In this document: piece after piece, positions 20,566 through 31,075 of the stretch
Numbering within the stretch: the first letter of the stretch is position 1
Layout of the letters: every line of letters begins with the position of its first letter
Assembly: GCA_947364395.1 (NCBI GenBank)
Contig: CANASS010000001.1
Location: forward strand, 42,051-106,050
Direction of reading: 5' to 3'
DNA from: an uncultured bacterium
GTDB taxonomy: Bacteria; Bacillota; Clostridia; Oscillospirales; Oscillospiraceae
DNA length: 64,000 nucleotides
Notes under the pieces: model-generated
Database searches by the model: none
What the model was told of the DNA's origin: nothing
The model's input: only the letters and a program-made list of their open reading frames with translations
Program-made: the position numbers and the translations under genes

Positions 20566-21840
20566 TTATTCAAACCGAACCTGGATGGAATTAGCGTGAG
20601 CGGTAAGCTTCTCCGCCTGGGCCAGCGCGATGATTTCCTGGGAAATGGGCTCCAGCGCCTCCCGGCTGAACTCCAGTACGCTCATGGATTTTAAAAAGCT
20701 GTCTACACTCAGCGGCGAGAAAAACCGGGCCGTTCCGCTGGTGGGAAGCACATGGTCCGGCCCCGCCAGATAGTCTCCAAGGGGCTCCGGGGTGTAGGCT
20801 CCCAAGAACACCGCCCCAGCGTTTTTCACCAAGGGGAGCAATTCCCTGGGCGATTTTGTGACGATTTCCAAATGTTCCGGGGCAATCTCATTGGCCAGCT
20901 CCACGCACTGGCTCAAGCTGTCACACACGATGGCGCAGCCAAAGTCTTTTAAAGACGCCTCTATGATCTCCGAACGGCTGAGATAGCTGGTCTGACGGAT
21001 AATTTCTGTGTCCACCGCCTGGGCCAGCTCCATGGAATCGGTCAGCAACACCGCAGAGGCTAATTTATCGTGCTCCGCCTGACTGAGCAGATCGGCGGCA
21101 ATGAATTTCGAGTCGGCGGTGTTGTCAGCGATGACCAGCACCTCCGACGGCCCCGCCACCATGTCGATGTCCAGTGCGCCGTAGGCCAGCCGCTTGGCCG
21201 CCGCCACATAGGCGTTCCCAGGCCCCACCAGCTTGTCAACCCTCGGGATAAGGCCCGCGCCATAGGTGGCCGCCGCCACCGCCTGGGCCCCGCCCACGGC
21301 GATAATCCGGTCCACTCCCGCGATTTTCGCCGCCGCCAGCACCGCGTCGCTGAGGTTTTCCGTGGGCGGCGTGAGCATAACGATCTCCTCCACCCCGGCC
21401 ACCTCGGCGGGCACGGCGTTCATCAGTACAGAGCTGGGATAAGCGGCGGTGCCGCCCGGCACATAGATGCCCACCCGGGTCAGCCCCCGGACGACGCGGC
21501 CCACCCTGCCCCCATCGGGGGAGGTCCACTCCATGGACTTTGCCAGCAATTTTTCATTGTAGTCCCGGATGTTCCGGGCGGCGTGCTCCAACGCCGCGAT
21601 CAGCTGCTTTGGGCAGGCGGCGCAGGCCTTCTCCAGCCGCTCTTGGGACAGCTCATAGGGCGGCTGACCGTCGAATTGGAGAGAATACCGCTCCACCGCG
21701 GCCAGTCCCTCCGCCCGTACATCCTCCATGACCGCCTTGACGGCCAGCTCAATATCCGCGTTTTTCTCCGCCGCCCGCCCCCGCATAGCGTCCAGCTGGC
21801 AGCGCTCGGCGGTCCCATCCGCTCTGATGATGGTTATCAT
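20566..21840 (-). CDS. hisD: Histidinol dehydrogenase
   Basis: AGPSE, SQAEHD, APEHL. Confidence 0.97.
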   Translation of the reverse strand: MITIIRADGTAERCQLDAMRGRAAEKNADIELAVKAVMEDVRAEGLAAVERYSLQFDGQPPYELSQERLEKACAACPKQLIAALEHAARNIRDYNEKLLAKSMEWTSPDGGRVGRVVRGLTRVGIYVPGGTAAYPSSVLMNAVPAEVAGVEEIVMLTPPTENLSDAVLAAAKIAGVDRIIAVGGAQAVAAATYGAGLIPRVDKLVGPGNAYVAAAKRLAYGALDIDMVAGPSEVLVIADNTADSKFIAADLLSQAEHDKLASAVLLTDSMELAQAVDTEIIRQTSYLSRSEIIEASLKDFGCAIVCDSLSQCVELANEIAPEHLEIVTKSPRELLPLVKNAGAVFLGAYTPEPLGDYLAGPDHVLPTSGTARFFSPLSVDSFLKSMSVLEFSREALEPISQEIIALAQAEKLTAHANSIQVRFE

Positions 21841-22478
21841 GTCCGTCCCCCCAGCTCCCGCTCCACGCGGGACAAAAAGTCGGTGATCTCGTTTTTATAC
21901 AGCTTCATGGACGCGGTGTTCACAATGAGCCGCGCCGACACCTGGGCCACGTCCTCAATGGGCTCCAGCCCGTTCTCCTTCAGGGTGGCCCCCGTCTCCA
22001 CAATGTCCACGATGCCGTTGGCCAGATCCAGAATCGGGGCCAGCTCCACGCTGCCCTCGATCTTGATGATATCCACGTCCATCCCTTTGCCCTCAAAAAA
22101 GGCCCGGGTGACGTTGGGATATTTGGAGGCAATGCGCCGGGTCTTGTAGGTGCCGTAAAAATCCGTCCCCTTCTTCACCGCCAGGGCAAACCGGCACCGG
22201 CCGAAGCCCAGGTCCAGCACCTCGTAAAAGGCTCCGCCCTTCTCCAAAATGGTGTCCTTGCCCACCACGCCCAGGTCGCACACCCCGTGCTCCACATAGG
22301 TGATGACATCGGGAGCCTTGGCCAGCACCACATCCAGGGGGTAATTGGGCAGGGCATGGATGAGCCGCCGCCCAGGATTCCGCACCGGGGAGCAGTCCAG
22401 CCCCGCAGCCTCAAACAGCTCCACCGACTTGTCCTGCAAACGTCCCTTGGTCAGGGCGATCCTCAGCCGTTCGCTCAT
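21837..22478 (-). CDS. hisG: ATP phosphoribosyltransferase, short form
   Basis: KGRL, GSVELAP, DIVETGATL. Confidence 0.96.
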   Translation of the reverse strand: MSERLRIALTKGRLQDKSVELFEAAGLDCSPVRNPGRRLIHALPNYPLDVVLAKAPDVITYVEHGVCDLGVVGKDTILEKGGAFYEVLDLGFGRCRFALAVKKGTDFYGTYKTRRIASKYPNVTRAFFEGKGMDVDIIKIEGSVELAPILDLANGIVDIVETGATLKENGLEPIEDVAQVSARLIVNTASMKLYKNEITDFLSRVERELGGRT

Positions 22479-23641
22479 ACCGCCAGCCACCTCTCCTCCA
22501 TGCCGTCCAGCACCAACACTTGGGCCGCCCCTTTCTCCCTGGCCAGATTCATAGTGCTGTCCAGGGTCCGACAGGGTGACAGCTCACAGCTCCCGGCGGG
22601 GCGGCTGTCCACCACCGCCAGCGCCTGGGCCAACAGGCCTGGGCCGTAATGGATCACCGTCTCCAGCCTGGGGGTCTCCACGGCAAGGCATGCCCCAACC
22701 GCGTCCACATCCACAGCAAAGCCAATGGCCTCCGCTTTCCGGCCAAATTGCTCCATCAGGCCATCATACCGGCCTCCGGACAGCACAGGAGCTCCCGCGC
22801 CCTCGGCGTAGCCCCGGAACACCAGGCCGGTGTAGTAGTCCAGCTGGTGGACCAGGCCCAGATCAAAGCGGACACAGTCCCCGTATCCGGCGGCGGACAG
22901 CTCGGAGTACAGCCGCCGCAGATGGTCCAGGCTGTCACAGGGGCCCGCCAGGGCTTGGGCCTCGTCCAGCACCTCCACCCCGCCGAACAGATAGGGCAGG
23001 CGGCGCAGAGCGATGCAGGCCTCCCCGCCCCGGTAGGGCTCCAGCAGGTCGTTGAGCAGGGCAAAGTTCTTGCCCTCGATAGCGGAGCGCAGCCGCTCCA
23101 GCTCCTCATGAGGCATGTTCATCCGCCCAGCCAGCGCACGGTAGAACCCGGCGTGGCCAAGCTCGATATGGAACTGACCCAGCCCGCAGGCCCGCAGGGC
23201 GTCCACCGCCATGGCCACCATCTCCAGGTCGGCCTTATCCCCCACCGCGCCGATCATCTCCACGCCGCACTGGGCGATCTCGCTGCTCCCCCCCTGGTGG
23301 GCCTTTTCTGAACGGAATACCGTCTGGTCATAGTACAGCCGCTGGGGCAGGGCCAGACGCTTCAGCTTAGTGGCCGCTACTCGGGCAATGGGAGCGGTGC
23401 AGTCGGGCCGCATGACCATGATTTTGCCGGAGCGGTCGATGATCTTCAGCATCGACTCCTGGGGAATGGGGTTTCCGGACTGGACAAACAGGTCATAAAA
23501 CTCCACTTCGGGGGTGATGACCTCGGTGTAACCCCGGCGGCGGAACAGCTCCACCAGGGCGGACTGCACCTGGCGGCGCTCCAGGCACTCGGAGAACAGC
23601 CGGTCCCGGGTGCCCTCAGGCGTATTGATGCGGATGTTCAT
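22475..23641 (-). CDS. hisZ: ATP phosphoribosyltransferase regulatory subunit
   Basis: PEGTRD, MRPDCT, QCGVE, YYTG, GGRYD. Confidence 0.94.
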   Translation of the reverse strand: MNIRINTPEGTRDRLFSECLERRQVQSALVELFRRRGYTEVITPEVEFYDLFVQSGNPIPQESMLKIIDRSGKIMVMRPDCTAPIARVAATKLKRLALPQRLYYDQTVFRSEKAHQGGSSEIAQCGVEMIGAVGDKADLEMVAMAVDALRACGLGQFHIELGHAGFYRALAGRMNMPHEELERLRSAIEGKNFALLNDLLEPYRGGEACIALRRLPYLFGGVEVLDEAQALAGPCDSLDHLRRLYSELSAAGYGDCVRFDLGLVHQLDYYTGLVFRGYAEGAGAPVLSGGRYDGLMEQFGRKAEAIGFAVDVDAVGACLAVETPRLETVIHYGPGLLAQALAVVDSRPAGSCELSPCRTLDSTMNLAREKGAAQVLVLDGMEERWLAV

Positions 23642-23657
23642 GGGATTTGCCTCCAAA

Positions 23658-23710
23658 TTCTTTAGCTCGCTAACGTGATGAATCATACCACATCTCCGCT
23701 GGACTGTCAA
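23658..23710 (-). promoter_or_regulatory. his operon promoter (TTGACA-17-TATGAT) with a candidate HisR operator (CACGTTAGCGAGCTAAAGAA, 23658-23677)
   Basis: Near-consensus sigmaA elements; imperfect palindrome between the -10 and the RBS. Confidence 0.7.
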
Positions 23711-24144
23711 GCCCGGTTTTGTCTGCGCTCCAGCAACAATTTCACACCCAGTCCAAATGCAAAACAACCAAGCAATATGAACCCACCCCAAATCACATTC
23801 CAATATGGGGATGATATGTCAAACATCATGCAGAGAAGCTCATGCCAGAATTTCCAACCAACCGCAATCGCAAACAAATCGAACAGCAGGTAGCCTCCAC
23901 CCAAAAGGTACACCCATCTCCACCAATAATTAGTACGTCGATTTTTGAAAAATGTGCCCACGCCTAAGACGCATAATGCAAGCAAAATCACCATCAGGAA
24001 ATAATACAGCGCGCCTTTGCTCTCCAGTGTGGAAATCCAGAAATCCGCATATGAATTTCGGTCGATCAATCCCCAAATGCGGTGTAAATGAAACACTCCA
24101 AAAAACAGGAAAAACCACGGCTCAAATACTTCTATCTTTTTCAT
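23707..24144 (-). CDS. Hypothetical ~4-TM membrane protein
   Basis: Hydrophobic ORF with GAGG RBS; more AT-rich than flanking genes. Confidence 0.75.
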   Translation of the reverse strand: MKKIEVFEPWFFLFFGVFHLHRIWGLIDRNSYADFWISTLESKGALYYFLMVILLALCVLGVGTFFKNRRTNYWWRWVYLLGGGYLLFDLFAIAVGWKFWHELLCMMFDISSPYWNVIWGGFILLGCFAFGLGVKLLLERRQNRA

Positions 24145-24156
24145 GCAGGACCTCAA

Positions 24157-27100
24157 TCAAAACAGCGAGAACTGGCTGCTGTCCGGCAGGTCCCCGAAGG
24201 CCCCCGCCTCCTTGAGCTGTTCCAGGTGGGTGTTGGACACCTTGGTGCAGGCCAGGGCAAATTCTTCGATGGACAAAAAGTCCTTTCCCTGCCTCTTGTC
24301 CATGATATCCCAGCCCACCGTCTCGCCCAACCCGGCTATTGAGGTAAATGGGGGGATCAACGCCTGCTTTTCCTCATCCACCAGGAAATTCACGGCATGA
24401 GACCGGGAAATGTCCATCCTGGCAAAGCTGAGCCCCCGGAGATAGAACTCGTAGCACACCTCCAGAGTGGTGAGCATGTCCTCTTCCACCGCAGAGGGGC
24501 GGTCTTTTTTCTCCTTAGCGTTCTTTTTGGCGTTGATCTCGGCCATTTTACGTTTGACCACCTCCATCCCCCGGCACATGTACTTTTCATCGAAGGCCTT
24601 GGCCCGGATGGAGAAGTAGGCGGCGTAAAAGGCCAGCGGCCGGTGGACCTTGAACCAGGCGATGCGGAATGCCATCATCACATAGGCCACCGCGTGGGCC
24701 TTGGGGAACAGGTAAGCGATCTTTTTACAAGACTCGATGTACCACTCGGGGACGCCGTGCTCCTTCATCTCGTCCTCCGCTCCCTCGGGCAGTCCCCTGC
24801 CCTTGCGCACCGCCTCCATGATTTTGAAGGCCCGGGTATCCTTAAACCCCTTGGAGATGAGGAAGATCATGATATCGTCCCGGCAGCCGATGGCCTCGTT
24901 GACCTTGGCCGTGCCGGAGGTAATCAGATCTTTGGCGTTGCCCAGCCAAACGTCTGTGCCGTGGGAGAAGCCGGACAGCCGGATGAGGATGTCAAACTGG
25001 TTGGGGTGGGTGTCCTCCAACATTCCCCGGACAAAGGAGGTACCGAACTCCGGGATGGCCACCGCCCCTGTGGGCCCGAGGATGGGGTCGTCGGTAAAAC
25101 CCAGCTCCTCCGAGGTGGTGAACAGGCTCATAGTTTTAGGGTCGTCCAAGGGAATTTTTTGGGCGTTCACCTCGGTGAGATCTTCCAGCATGCGGATCAT
25201 GGACGGGTCATCGTGGCCCAGCATATCCAGCTTCAGCAGGTTGGACTCCATGGAATGGTATTCAAAGTGGGTGGTAATGATGTCCGAGTCCTTGTCATCC
25301 GCCGGGTGCTGGGCGGGGCAGAAATCGTAGATTTCCTTGTCCTGGGGAATGACCACCATGCCGCCGGGGTGCTGGCCTGTAGTGCGCTTGACCCCCTCGC
25401 AGCCCTTGGCCAGCCGGAGCACCTCGGCAAAGGGGACGTCCGGTTTCCCCACCAGCTCCAGGTATTTTTTTGCGTAGCCGATGGCGGTTTTTTCCGCCAC
25501 CGTGCCGATGGTGCCCGCGCGGAACACATGGTCCTTGCCGAAGAGCTCGAAGGTGTATTTGTGGGCGCTGGACTGATACTCGCCGGAGAAATTCAGGTCG
25601 ATATCGGGCACCTTGTCGCCGCCAAAGCCCAAAAAGGTTTCAAAGGGGATGTTAAAACCGTCCTTCTCGTAGTCGGCCCCGCAGACGGGGCACTTCATGT
25701 CCGGCATGTCCGCCCCACAGCCATAGGGGTGGGCGGGGTCCTGGGCGTAGTCAAAGTCTGCGTGCTTGCAGTTGGGACAGCGGTAGTGGGCGGGCAGTGA
25801 GTTCACTTCGGTGATACCCGACATGAAGGCCACCAGGGACGAGCCCACCGATCCGCGGGAACCCACCAGATATCCGTGCTCCAAAGAATTCTGCACCAGC
25901 TTCTGCGCGGACATGTAAATCACATCGTATTTACAGCGGATGATGTCCACCAGCTCGGCATTGATGCGGTCCACCACAATCTGAGGGGGTTCATCTCCGT
26001 AAAGGCGGTGAGCTTTACCCCATACAAGATCCTTGAGCTCCCCGTCGGAGTTTTCCAATTTCGGGGCAAACAGACCGTCGGGCAGGGGCCGCACATTGTC
26101 ACACCAGCTGGCGATAAGGCCCGGGTTGTCCACCACAACTTCATGGGCCTTCTCCTTCCCCAGATAGGAGAACTCCTCCAGCATCTCGTCGGTGGTGCGG
26201 AAGTACAGGGGGTTGGGACTGTCCGCGTCCTCATACTCCTTGGCGGCCAGCAGCACATGGCGGTACACCTCGTCGGTGGGCTCCATAAAGTGAACGTCCC
26301 CAGTGGCGCACACCGGCTTGCCCAGCCGCTCACCCAGGGCTGCCACCCGGCGGTTGAAGGCCCGCAGGTCCTCCAGATCCCGGGCAATGGCCTTGCCCTC
26401 CTTATCGGGCCGGAGCATATAGGCGTTGTTGGACAGAGGCTGAATCTCCAGATAGTCGTACCACGCGGCGATGCGTTCCAGCTCCCGATCCTCCCGGCCC
26501 GACGCCACCGCCTGGAACAGCTCCCCCGCCTCGCAGGCAGAACCGATGATGAGCCCTTCCCGGTTCTCATCCACCAAGGACTTGGGCATAATGGGGAATC
26601 GGTTGAAGTGCTCCAAGTGAGCCTTGGACACCAGCTTGTAGAGATTGCGCAGGCCGGTCTGGTTTTTCGCCAGAATAATGAGGTGGAAGGGACTTCTCCT
26701 GCCCCGGCCTCCCCGTTTTTTGCCCGCCAGCGCCTGGTTGACCTGGGCCGCCCACTCTACCCCCCGCTCCCGAAGCATGGGGACCAGTTCCGCCAGGATG
26801 AGTCCGCAGGTCTCGGCGTCATCGTAAGCCCGGTGATGCTGGAAGGGGGGCAGCCCCAGGGCGTTGGCCACTGTGTCCAGCTTATGGTTGGGCAGCTTGG
26901 GGCAGAGGTATTGGGCCAAAATCAGGGTGTCAAAGTACAGCGGATCGAACTTCCGGCCCGACCTGCGGCAGTATTCACGGATGAAGCCGGTGTCAAAGGC
27001 GGCGTTGTGGGCGCACAGGGGCGCGTCCCCCACCCAGTCCAGAAACGCGTCCACCGCCTCTTCGGGGGTCGGAGCGCCCTTCAACAGCTCATCGGTGATG

Positions 27101-28338
27101 CCGGTGAGGGAGACCGTCTTGGCGCTGAGGGGCCGTCCCGGCTGGGCAAAGGAGGTGAACTTATCCACCACCGCCCCTTCCCGGACCCGCACCGCGCCGA
27201 TTTCAATGATGGCGTCAGTACGCTGGTCCAGGCCGGTGGTCTCCAGGTCGAAGGCCACAAACTCCCCGCTCAGGGCCATGTCCCCCGGCCCGTGAACCGC
27301 CGTCTGCTCGTCCACATCGTTCAGATAGTATGCCTCCACCCCATACAGCACCTTGATCTTTTCCCCCCGGCCGGAGGCATTGTAGGCCGCTGGGAAAGAC
27401 TGCACCACTCCATGGTCGGTGATGGCAATGGCGGGATGGCCCCACTCGATGGCCCGCTTCACCACCGCCTTGGTATCACACAAGGCGTCCATGGTGGACA
27501 TCTGGGTATGTAAGTGCAGCTCCACCCGCTTGTCCGGAGCGGTGTCCTTCCGGCCTTCCGGCTTGGGCGTCTCTTTGATGCCGTAGGGGTCCAGCACCAG
27601 ATCATTGTTGTCAAACCTGCCCAGGGAGGGCCGGCCCTGGATTTGAAGCCACTGGCCCTTTTTCACCTGCTCAATGATGGGCTTGGGGTTGTCCTCCTCC
27701 TTCATATACCGGGTGATCCGAATGGAGCCGGTGAAATCGGTGACATCAAAGCACACCACCCACGCCTTGTTCCGGGCCAGCTCCCGGTGTTCGATGTTAA
27801 AGACCTCTCCTTCTATCAGCACCGTACCCATGTCCAGGTTCAGCTCGCCGATGGGGACGGGCGGCTTCTTGCTTCGGACGACACCGTAAATCGCCTTGCC
27901 CTGCTTTTTGCCGCCGCCGGAGTTCCCCGCCGCCGGGGTGTCCTTTTTCAGGAGCTTGCGCCGCATGGCCTTCATCTGGGCCTCCAGATCCTGGGGAGGC
28001 TTGGGCTGAGCGGCTGAAACCTCCTGCGCCGCCGCAGGGGCTTCTGCCGGCGCGGGAGGGGGCGCGGAGTGGACCGGCTTCTTCTCCGGCTGGGGGGGCT
28101 CCGACGCGGGGACAGAAGCCGCGTCCACCTCCACCCTGGCCGCACTGAGCCCCAAGGCGTTTTTCAGCGTCTCCGACGCCTGTGTCAAAATTTCCTGGGA
28201 AACAGCGCCGCCTTTCGCCACCACCTCCATGGCCCGCTGGGACTTGAGCACCCGCACCTGGACGGGGTAACCTCCCAAAACAGCCAAAACCCCTTCCGAG
28301 AAGGGGCAGTTAGCAAAGGTCTGTTCAAAGGTTGGCAT
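24157..28338 (-). CDS. polC: DNA polymerase III alpha, PolC type
   Basis: PHP domain (HLHT), DEDDh exonuclease (DLETTG), PDIDLNFSG, TTGQHPGG. Confidence 0.98.
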   Translation of the reverse strand: MPTFEQTFANCPFSEGVLAVLGGYPVQVRVLKSQRAMEVVAKGGAVSQEILTQASETLKNALGLSAARVEVDAASVPASEPPQPEKKPVHSAPPPAPAEAPAAAQEVSAAQPKPPQDLEAQMKAMRRKLLKKDTPAAGNSGGGKKQGKAIYGVVRSKKPPVPIGELNLDMGTVLIEGEVFNIEHRELARNKAWVVCFDVTDFTGSIRITRYMKEEDNPKPIIEQVKKGQWLQIQGRPSLGRFDNNDLVLDPYGIKETPKPEGRKDTAPDKRVELHLHTQMSTMDALCDTKAVVKRAIEWGHPAIAITDHGVVQSFPAAYNASGRGEKIKVLYGVEAYYLNDVDEQTAVHGPGDMALSGEFVAFDLETTGLDQRTDAIIEIGAVRVREGAVVDKFTSFAQPGRPLSAKTVSLTGITDELLKGAPTPEEAVDAFLDWVGDAPLCAHNAAFDTGFIREYCRRSGRKFDPLYFDTLILAQYLCPKLPNHKLDTVANALGLPPFQHHRAYDDAETCGLILAELVPMLRERGVEWAAQVNQALAGKKRGGRGRRSPFHLIILAKNQTGLRNLYKLVSKAHLEHFNRFPIMPKSLVDENREGLIIGSACEAGELFQAVASGREDRELERIAAWYDYLEIQPLSNNAYMLRPDKEGKAIARDLEDLRAFNRRVAALGERLGKPVCATGDVHFMEPTDEVYRHVLLAAKEYEDADSPNPLYFRTTDEMLEEFSYLGKEKAHEVVVDNPGLIASWCDNVRPLPDGLFAPKLENSDGELKDLVWGKAHRLYGDEPPQIVVDRINAELVDIIRCKYDVIYMSAQKLVQNSLEHGYLVGSRGSVGSSLVAFMSGITEVNSLPAHYRCPNCKHADFDYAQDPAHPYGCGADMPDMKCPVCGADYEKDGFNIPFETFLGFGGDKVPDIDLNFSGEYQSSAHKYTFELFGKDHVFRAGTIGTVAEKTAIGYAKKYLELVGKPDVPFAEVLRLAKGCEGVKRTTGQHPGGMVVIPQDKEIYDFCPAQHPADDKDSDIITTHFEYHSMESNLLKLDMLGHDDPSMIRMLEDLTEVNAQKIPLDDPKTMSLFTTSEELGFTDDPILGPTGAVAIPEFGTSFVRGMLEDTHPNQFDILIRLSGFSHGTDVWLGNAKDLITSGTAKVNEAIGCRDDIMIFLISKGFKDTRAFKIMEAVRKGRGLPEGAEDEMKEHGVPEWYIESCKKIAYLFPKAHAVAYVMMAFRIAWFKVHRPLAFYAAYFSIRAKAFDEKYMCRGMEVVKRKMAEINAKKNAKEKKDRPSAVEEDMLTTLEVCYEFYLRGLSFARMDISRSHAVNFLVDEEKQALIPPFTSIAGLGETVGWDIMDKRQGKDFLSIEEFALACTKVSNTHLEQLKEAGAFGDLPDSSQFSLF

Positions 28339-28354
28339 CGTTCTGTCTCGCTCC

Positions 28355-28909
28355 TTATCTATCCATTGGCCGCTCGATGGCATAGTTTGCCGTGTCGATC
28401 ACGCCCTGGTTGTTCTGGTGCGCCTTTTCCTGTATTCCTTCAAACTTCATGCCGCACTTGCGCATCACGCCGCCGGAATGGGGATTGTTCACGTCATGGC
28501 GGGCCACGATCCGCGAGACGCCCACCCGCTCAAACAGGAAATCAATGACCGCGCCCAGGGCCTCGGTCATAATTCCCATATGCCACCAGCGCCTGCCCAT
28601 GCAGTAACCGATCTCGGGAACATCACCGTCCCCACGCCAGTGACACACATCAATGCTCCCAATGGGCTCCGGGCCGTTTTTCTTCACGGTAATGGCCCAT
28701 CTATAGCAGTTGTCCTCTTCATACTGAGGCACCCATTCCCCCAGAATACGCTCCGTCACCGACACGTCGGCATGGGTGGGCCAGGTCAGATACTTTGTTA
28801 CCTCGCCATCCGACGCCCAGTTGGCGAACATGGCCGGGGCGTCCGACAGTTCAAACCGCCGCAAAATCAGCCGCTCCGTCTCTATGTACTGCGTTCCAAT
28901 ATGTGTCAT
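28355..28909 (-). CDS. RimJ/RimL-type GNAT acetyltransferase
   Basis: IETERLILR, EIGY, N..SGGVMRKCGM. Confidence 0.88.
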   Translation of the reverse strand: MTHIGTQYIETERLILRRFELSDAPAMFANWASDGEVTKYLTWPTHADVSVTERILGEWVPQYEEDNCYRWAITVKKNGPEPIGSIDVCHWRGDGDVPEIGYCMGRRWWHMGIMTEALGAVIDFLFERVGVSRIVARHDVNNPHSGGVMRKCGMKFEGIQEKAHQNNQGVIDTANYAIERPMDR

Positions 28910-28920
28910 AGTATTCTCCT

Positions 28921-29958
28921 TTACAGCTCTTCAATCAGCTTCATCAGCCCCGGAACCAGTTCTGCCTCCGGCACCTTGGCCACAATTTCTCCATGTTTGA
29001 ACAGCACACCCTCGCCCCTGCCTCCGGCCAATCCCACGTCGGCGTGGCGGGCCTCGCCAGGGCCGTTGACCACGCACCCCATCACCGCCACCGTGATGGG
29101 CTTGTCCACGCCCTTCAACAGCTCCTCGACCTGCCGGGCCATGGGGATCAAGTCGATCTGGGTCCGGCCGCAGGTGGGACAGGAGATGAGCTCGGGGCCT
29201 TCCCGGCGCAGTCCGATGGCCTTCAAGATCCGTCGGGCGGCGTAGACCTCCTCCACCGGGTCGGCGGTGAGGGACACCCGCAGGGTGTCGCCAATGCCCA
29301 GGGCCAGCAGTCCGCCGATCCCAGCCGCCGCCTTTAACTCCCCAATCTCCTGGGTGCCTGCCTCGGTGACCCCCAAGTGCAGGGGGTAATCGTACCGCTC
29401 CGCCATCAGCCGGCAGGCGTTCATGGTGACGGGCACGGAAGAAGCTTTCAGGGAGACGCAGATGTCCTCAAAGCCATACTGCTCCAGCAGCTGAATGTGA
29501 CCTAGGGCGCTTTCCACCATGGCCTCCGGGGTGGGACCTCCGTACTTGGCCAGCAAATTCTTTTCCAATGAGCCTCCGTTCACCCCCACCCGGATGGGGA
29601 TGCCCCGCTCCCTGCAGGCTTTTGCCACCGCTTCCACCCGGTCTGGTGCGCCAATGTTGCCGGGATTGATGCGGATCTTGTCGATCCCCTGCTCCGCCGC
29701 CTCCAAGGACAGCCGGTAGTCAAAGTGGATGTCCGCCACCAGCGGCACCGGACTGCCCATCTTCAGCGCCCCAATCGCCTGGGCCGCCGCTAAATCGGGC
29801 ACCGCCACCCGGACGATGTCGCACCCCGCCGCCGCCAGCGCACGGATTTGGGACAATGTGGCATCTACGTCGTGGGTGGGAGTATTGGTCATGGACTGAA
29901 TGGAGACAGGAGCGCCCCCGCCAACGGGGACGCCGCCTACGTTGATTGTTCTAGTCAT
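28921..29958 (-). CDS. ispG: HMBPP synthase
   Basis: VADIHF, RINPGN, CPTCGR, MGCVVNGPGE. Confidence 0.97.
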   Translation of the reverse strand: MTRTINVGGVPVGGGAPVSIQSMTNTPTHDVDATLSQIRALAAAGCDIVRVAVPDLAAAQAIGALKMGSPVPLVADIHFDYRLSLEAAEQGIDKIRINPGNIGAPDRVEAVAKACRERGIPIRVGVNGGSLEKNLLAKYGGPTPEAMVESALGHIQLLEQYGFEDICVSLKASSVPVTMNACRLMAERYDYPLHLGVTEAGTQEIGELKAAAGIGGLLALGIGDTLRVSLTADPVEEVYAARRILKAIGLRREGPELISCPTCGRTQIDLIPMARQVEELLKGVDKPITVAVMGCVVNGPGEARHADVGLAGGRGEGVLFKHGEIVAKVPEAELVPGLMKLIEEL

Positions 29959-29971
29959 GATAAGCACCTGC

Positions 29972-31069
29972 CTAGGCAAAAATATTCCAAACGTCGTGGA
30001 GGGCCACCACCGCCATCAGCGCCAGCAGCACCACGAAAGCCCCAGCGTGGACATACCCCTCGTATTTCTCCGGGATGCGGCGGCGGGCCACCGCATAAAT
30101 GAGGCCGTTGAGCAGAACGAAGAAAATCCGCCCACCGTCCAGCGCCGGAATGGGAAGCATATTCATCACCGCCAGATTGACGGCGATGAGGGCCATAAAA
30201 TAGAACACATTCTGCACGCCCAGCGCCGCAGTCGCTGAATTGGCCCCCACCTCGGACACCACATCCACCACGCCGATGACGCCGGACAGCTCAGAAACCG
30301 CCACCCGGCCTGTCACCAGATCTCCTAAGCTCATCCAGACCATCCGAACAAAGTCCAGCGTCTGGGCAAAGCCCTGGCCGATGCGCGCCGGGATGGACAA
30401 ATCCTCCACCTGCCCGAAAATCAGGCCGAACCCCTGGTACAGATTGCCTTCAAACTCATATTTGTAGCGGCTCATGGGGAAATCCTTCAAAACCACCCGC
30501 TCCCCATCCCGCTCCACCACCAGGTCCACTCCCTGGCCGTCGTTCCGGGCGAGGTAGTTCTGCACGTCGGCATACAGCCAGATGCCGTGGCCATCCACTT
30601 CCGTGATCCGGTCGCCCACCATAAGACCATCCGTGCCCTGGTGCTCAAATTCCCCGGCAAACTGGGTGATTACCGGCACACGGGCCTGGGTGACACCCAA
30701 AAAGAGCACCACTGCGATGGCCAGCCCCAGCAGGAAATTCATAAAGGACCCGGCACACAAAATGACCACCTTTTTCCAACCTTTCTGCCTGGAAAAAGCC
30801 CGGGGGTCGCCGGTGTCCTCGTCCTCTCCCTCCATGGCGCAGTAGCCGCCAACAGGGAACAGACGCAGGCTGTAAAGGGTTTCCCCTTCATTGTCCCAGG
30901 GTTCATTCTTCCCCTTCCGGCTCTGCCAGAGGGCCGGGCCCATACCGATGGCGAACTCGTTTACCTTCACCCCCAGCAGCTTGGCAGTAATAAAGTGACC
31001 AAACTCGTGGATGGCAATGAGCACGCCGAAGAGCAGAATAGCCAGCAGGATATACAGAAACCTCGCCAA
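29972..31069 (-). CDS. rasP: RIP metalloprotease RseP/RasP
   Basis: HEFGH, PDZ-like region, NMLPIPALDGG. Confidence 0.92.
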   Translation of the reverse strand: MARFLYILLAILLFGVLIAIHEFGHFITAKLLGVKVNEFAIGMGPALWQSRKGKNEPWDNEGETLYSLRLFPVGGYCAMEGEDEDTGDPRAFSRQKGWKKVVILCAGSFMNFLLGLAIAVVLFLGVTQARVPVITQFAGEFEHQGTDGLMVGDRITEVDGHGIWLYADVQNYLARNDGQGVDLVVERDGERVVLKDFPMSRYKYEFEGNLYQGFGLIFGQVEDLSIPARIGQGFAQTLDFVRMVWMSLGDLVTGRVAVSELSGVIGVVDVVSEVGANSATAALGVQNVFYFMALIAVNLAVMNMLPIPALDGGRIFFVLLNGLIYAVARRRIPEKYEGYVHAGAFVVLLALMAVVALHDVWNIFA

Positions 31070-31075
31070 AATGAG

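Noticed and set aside
27900..28140. Pro/Ala-rich insertion in PolC (possible intein)
   Set aside because: Low-complexity linker without intein splice or endonuclease motifs.
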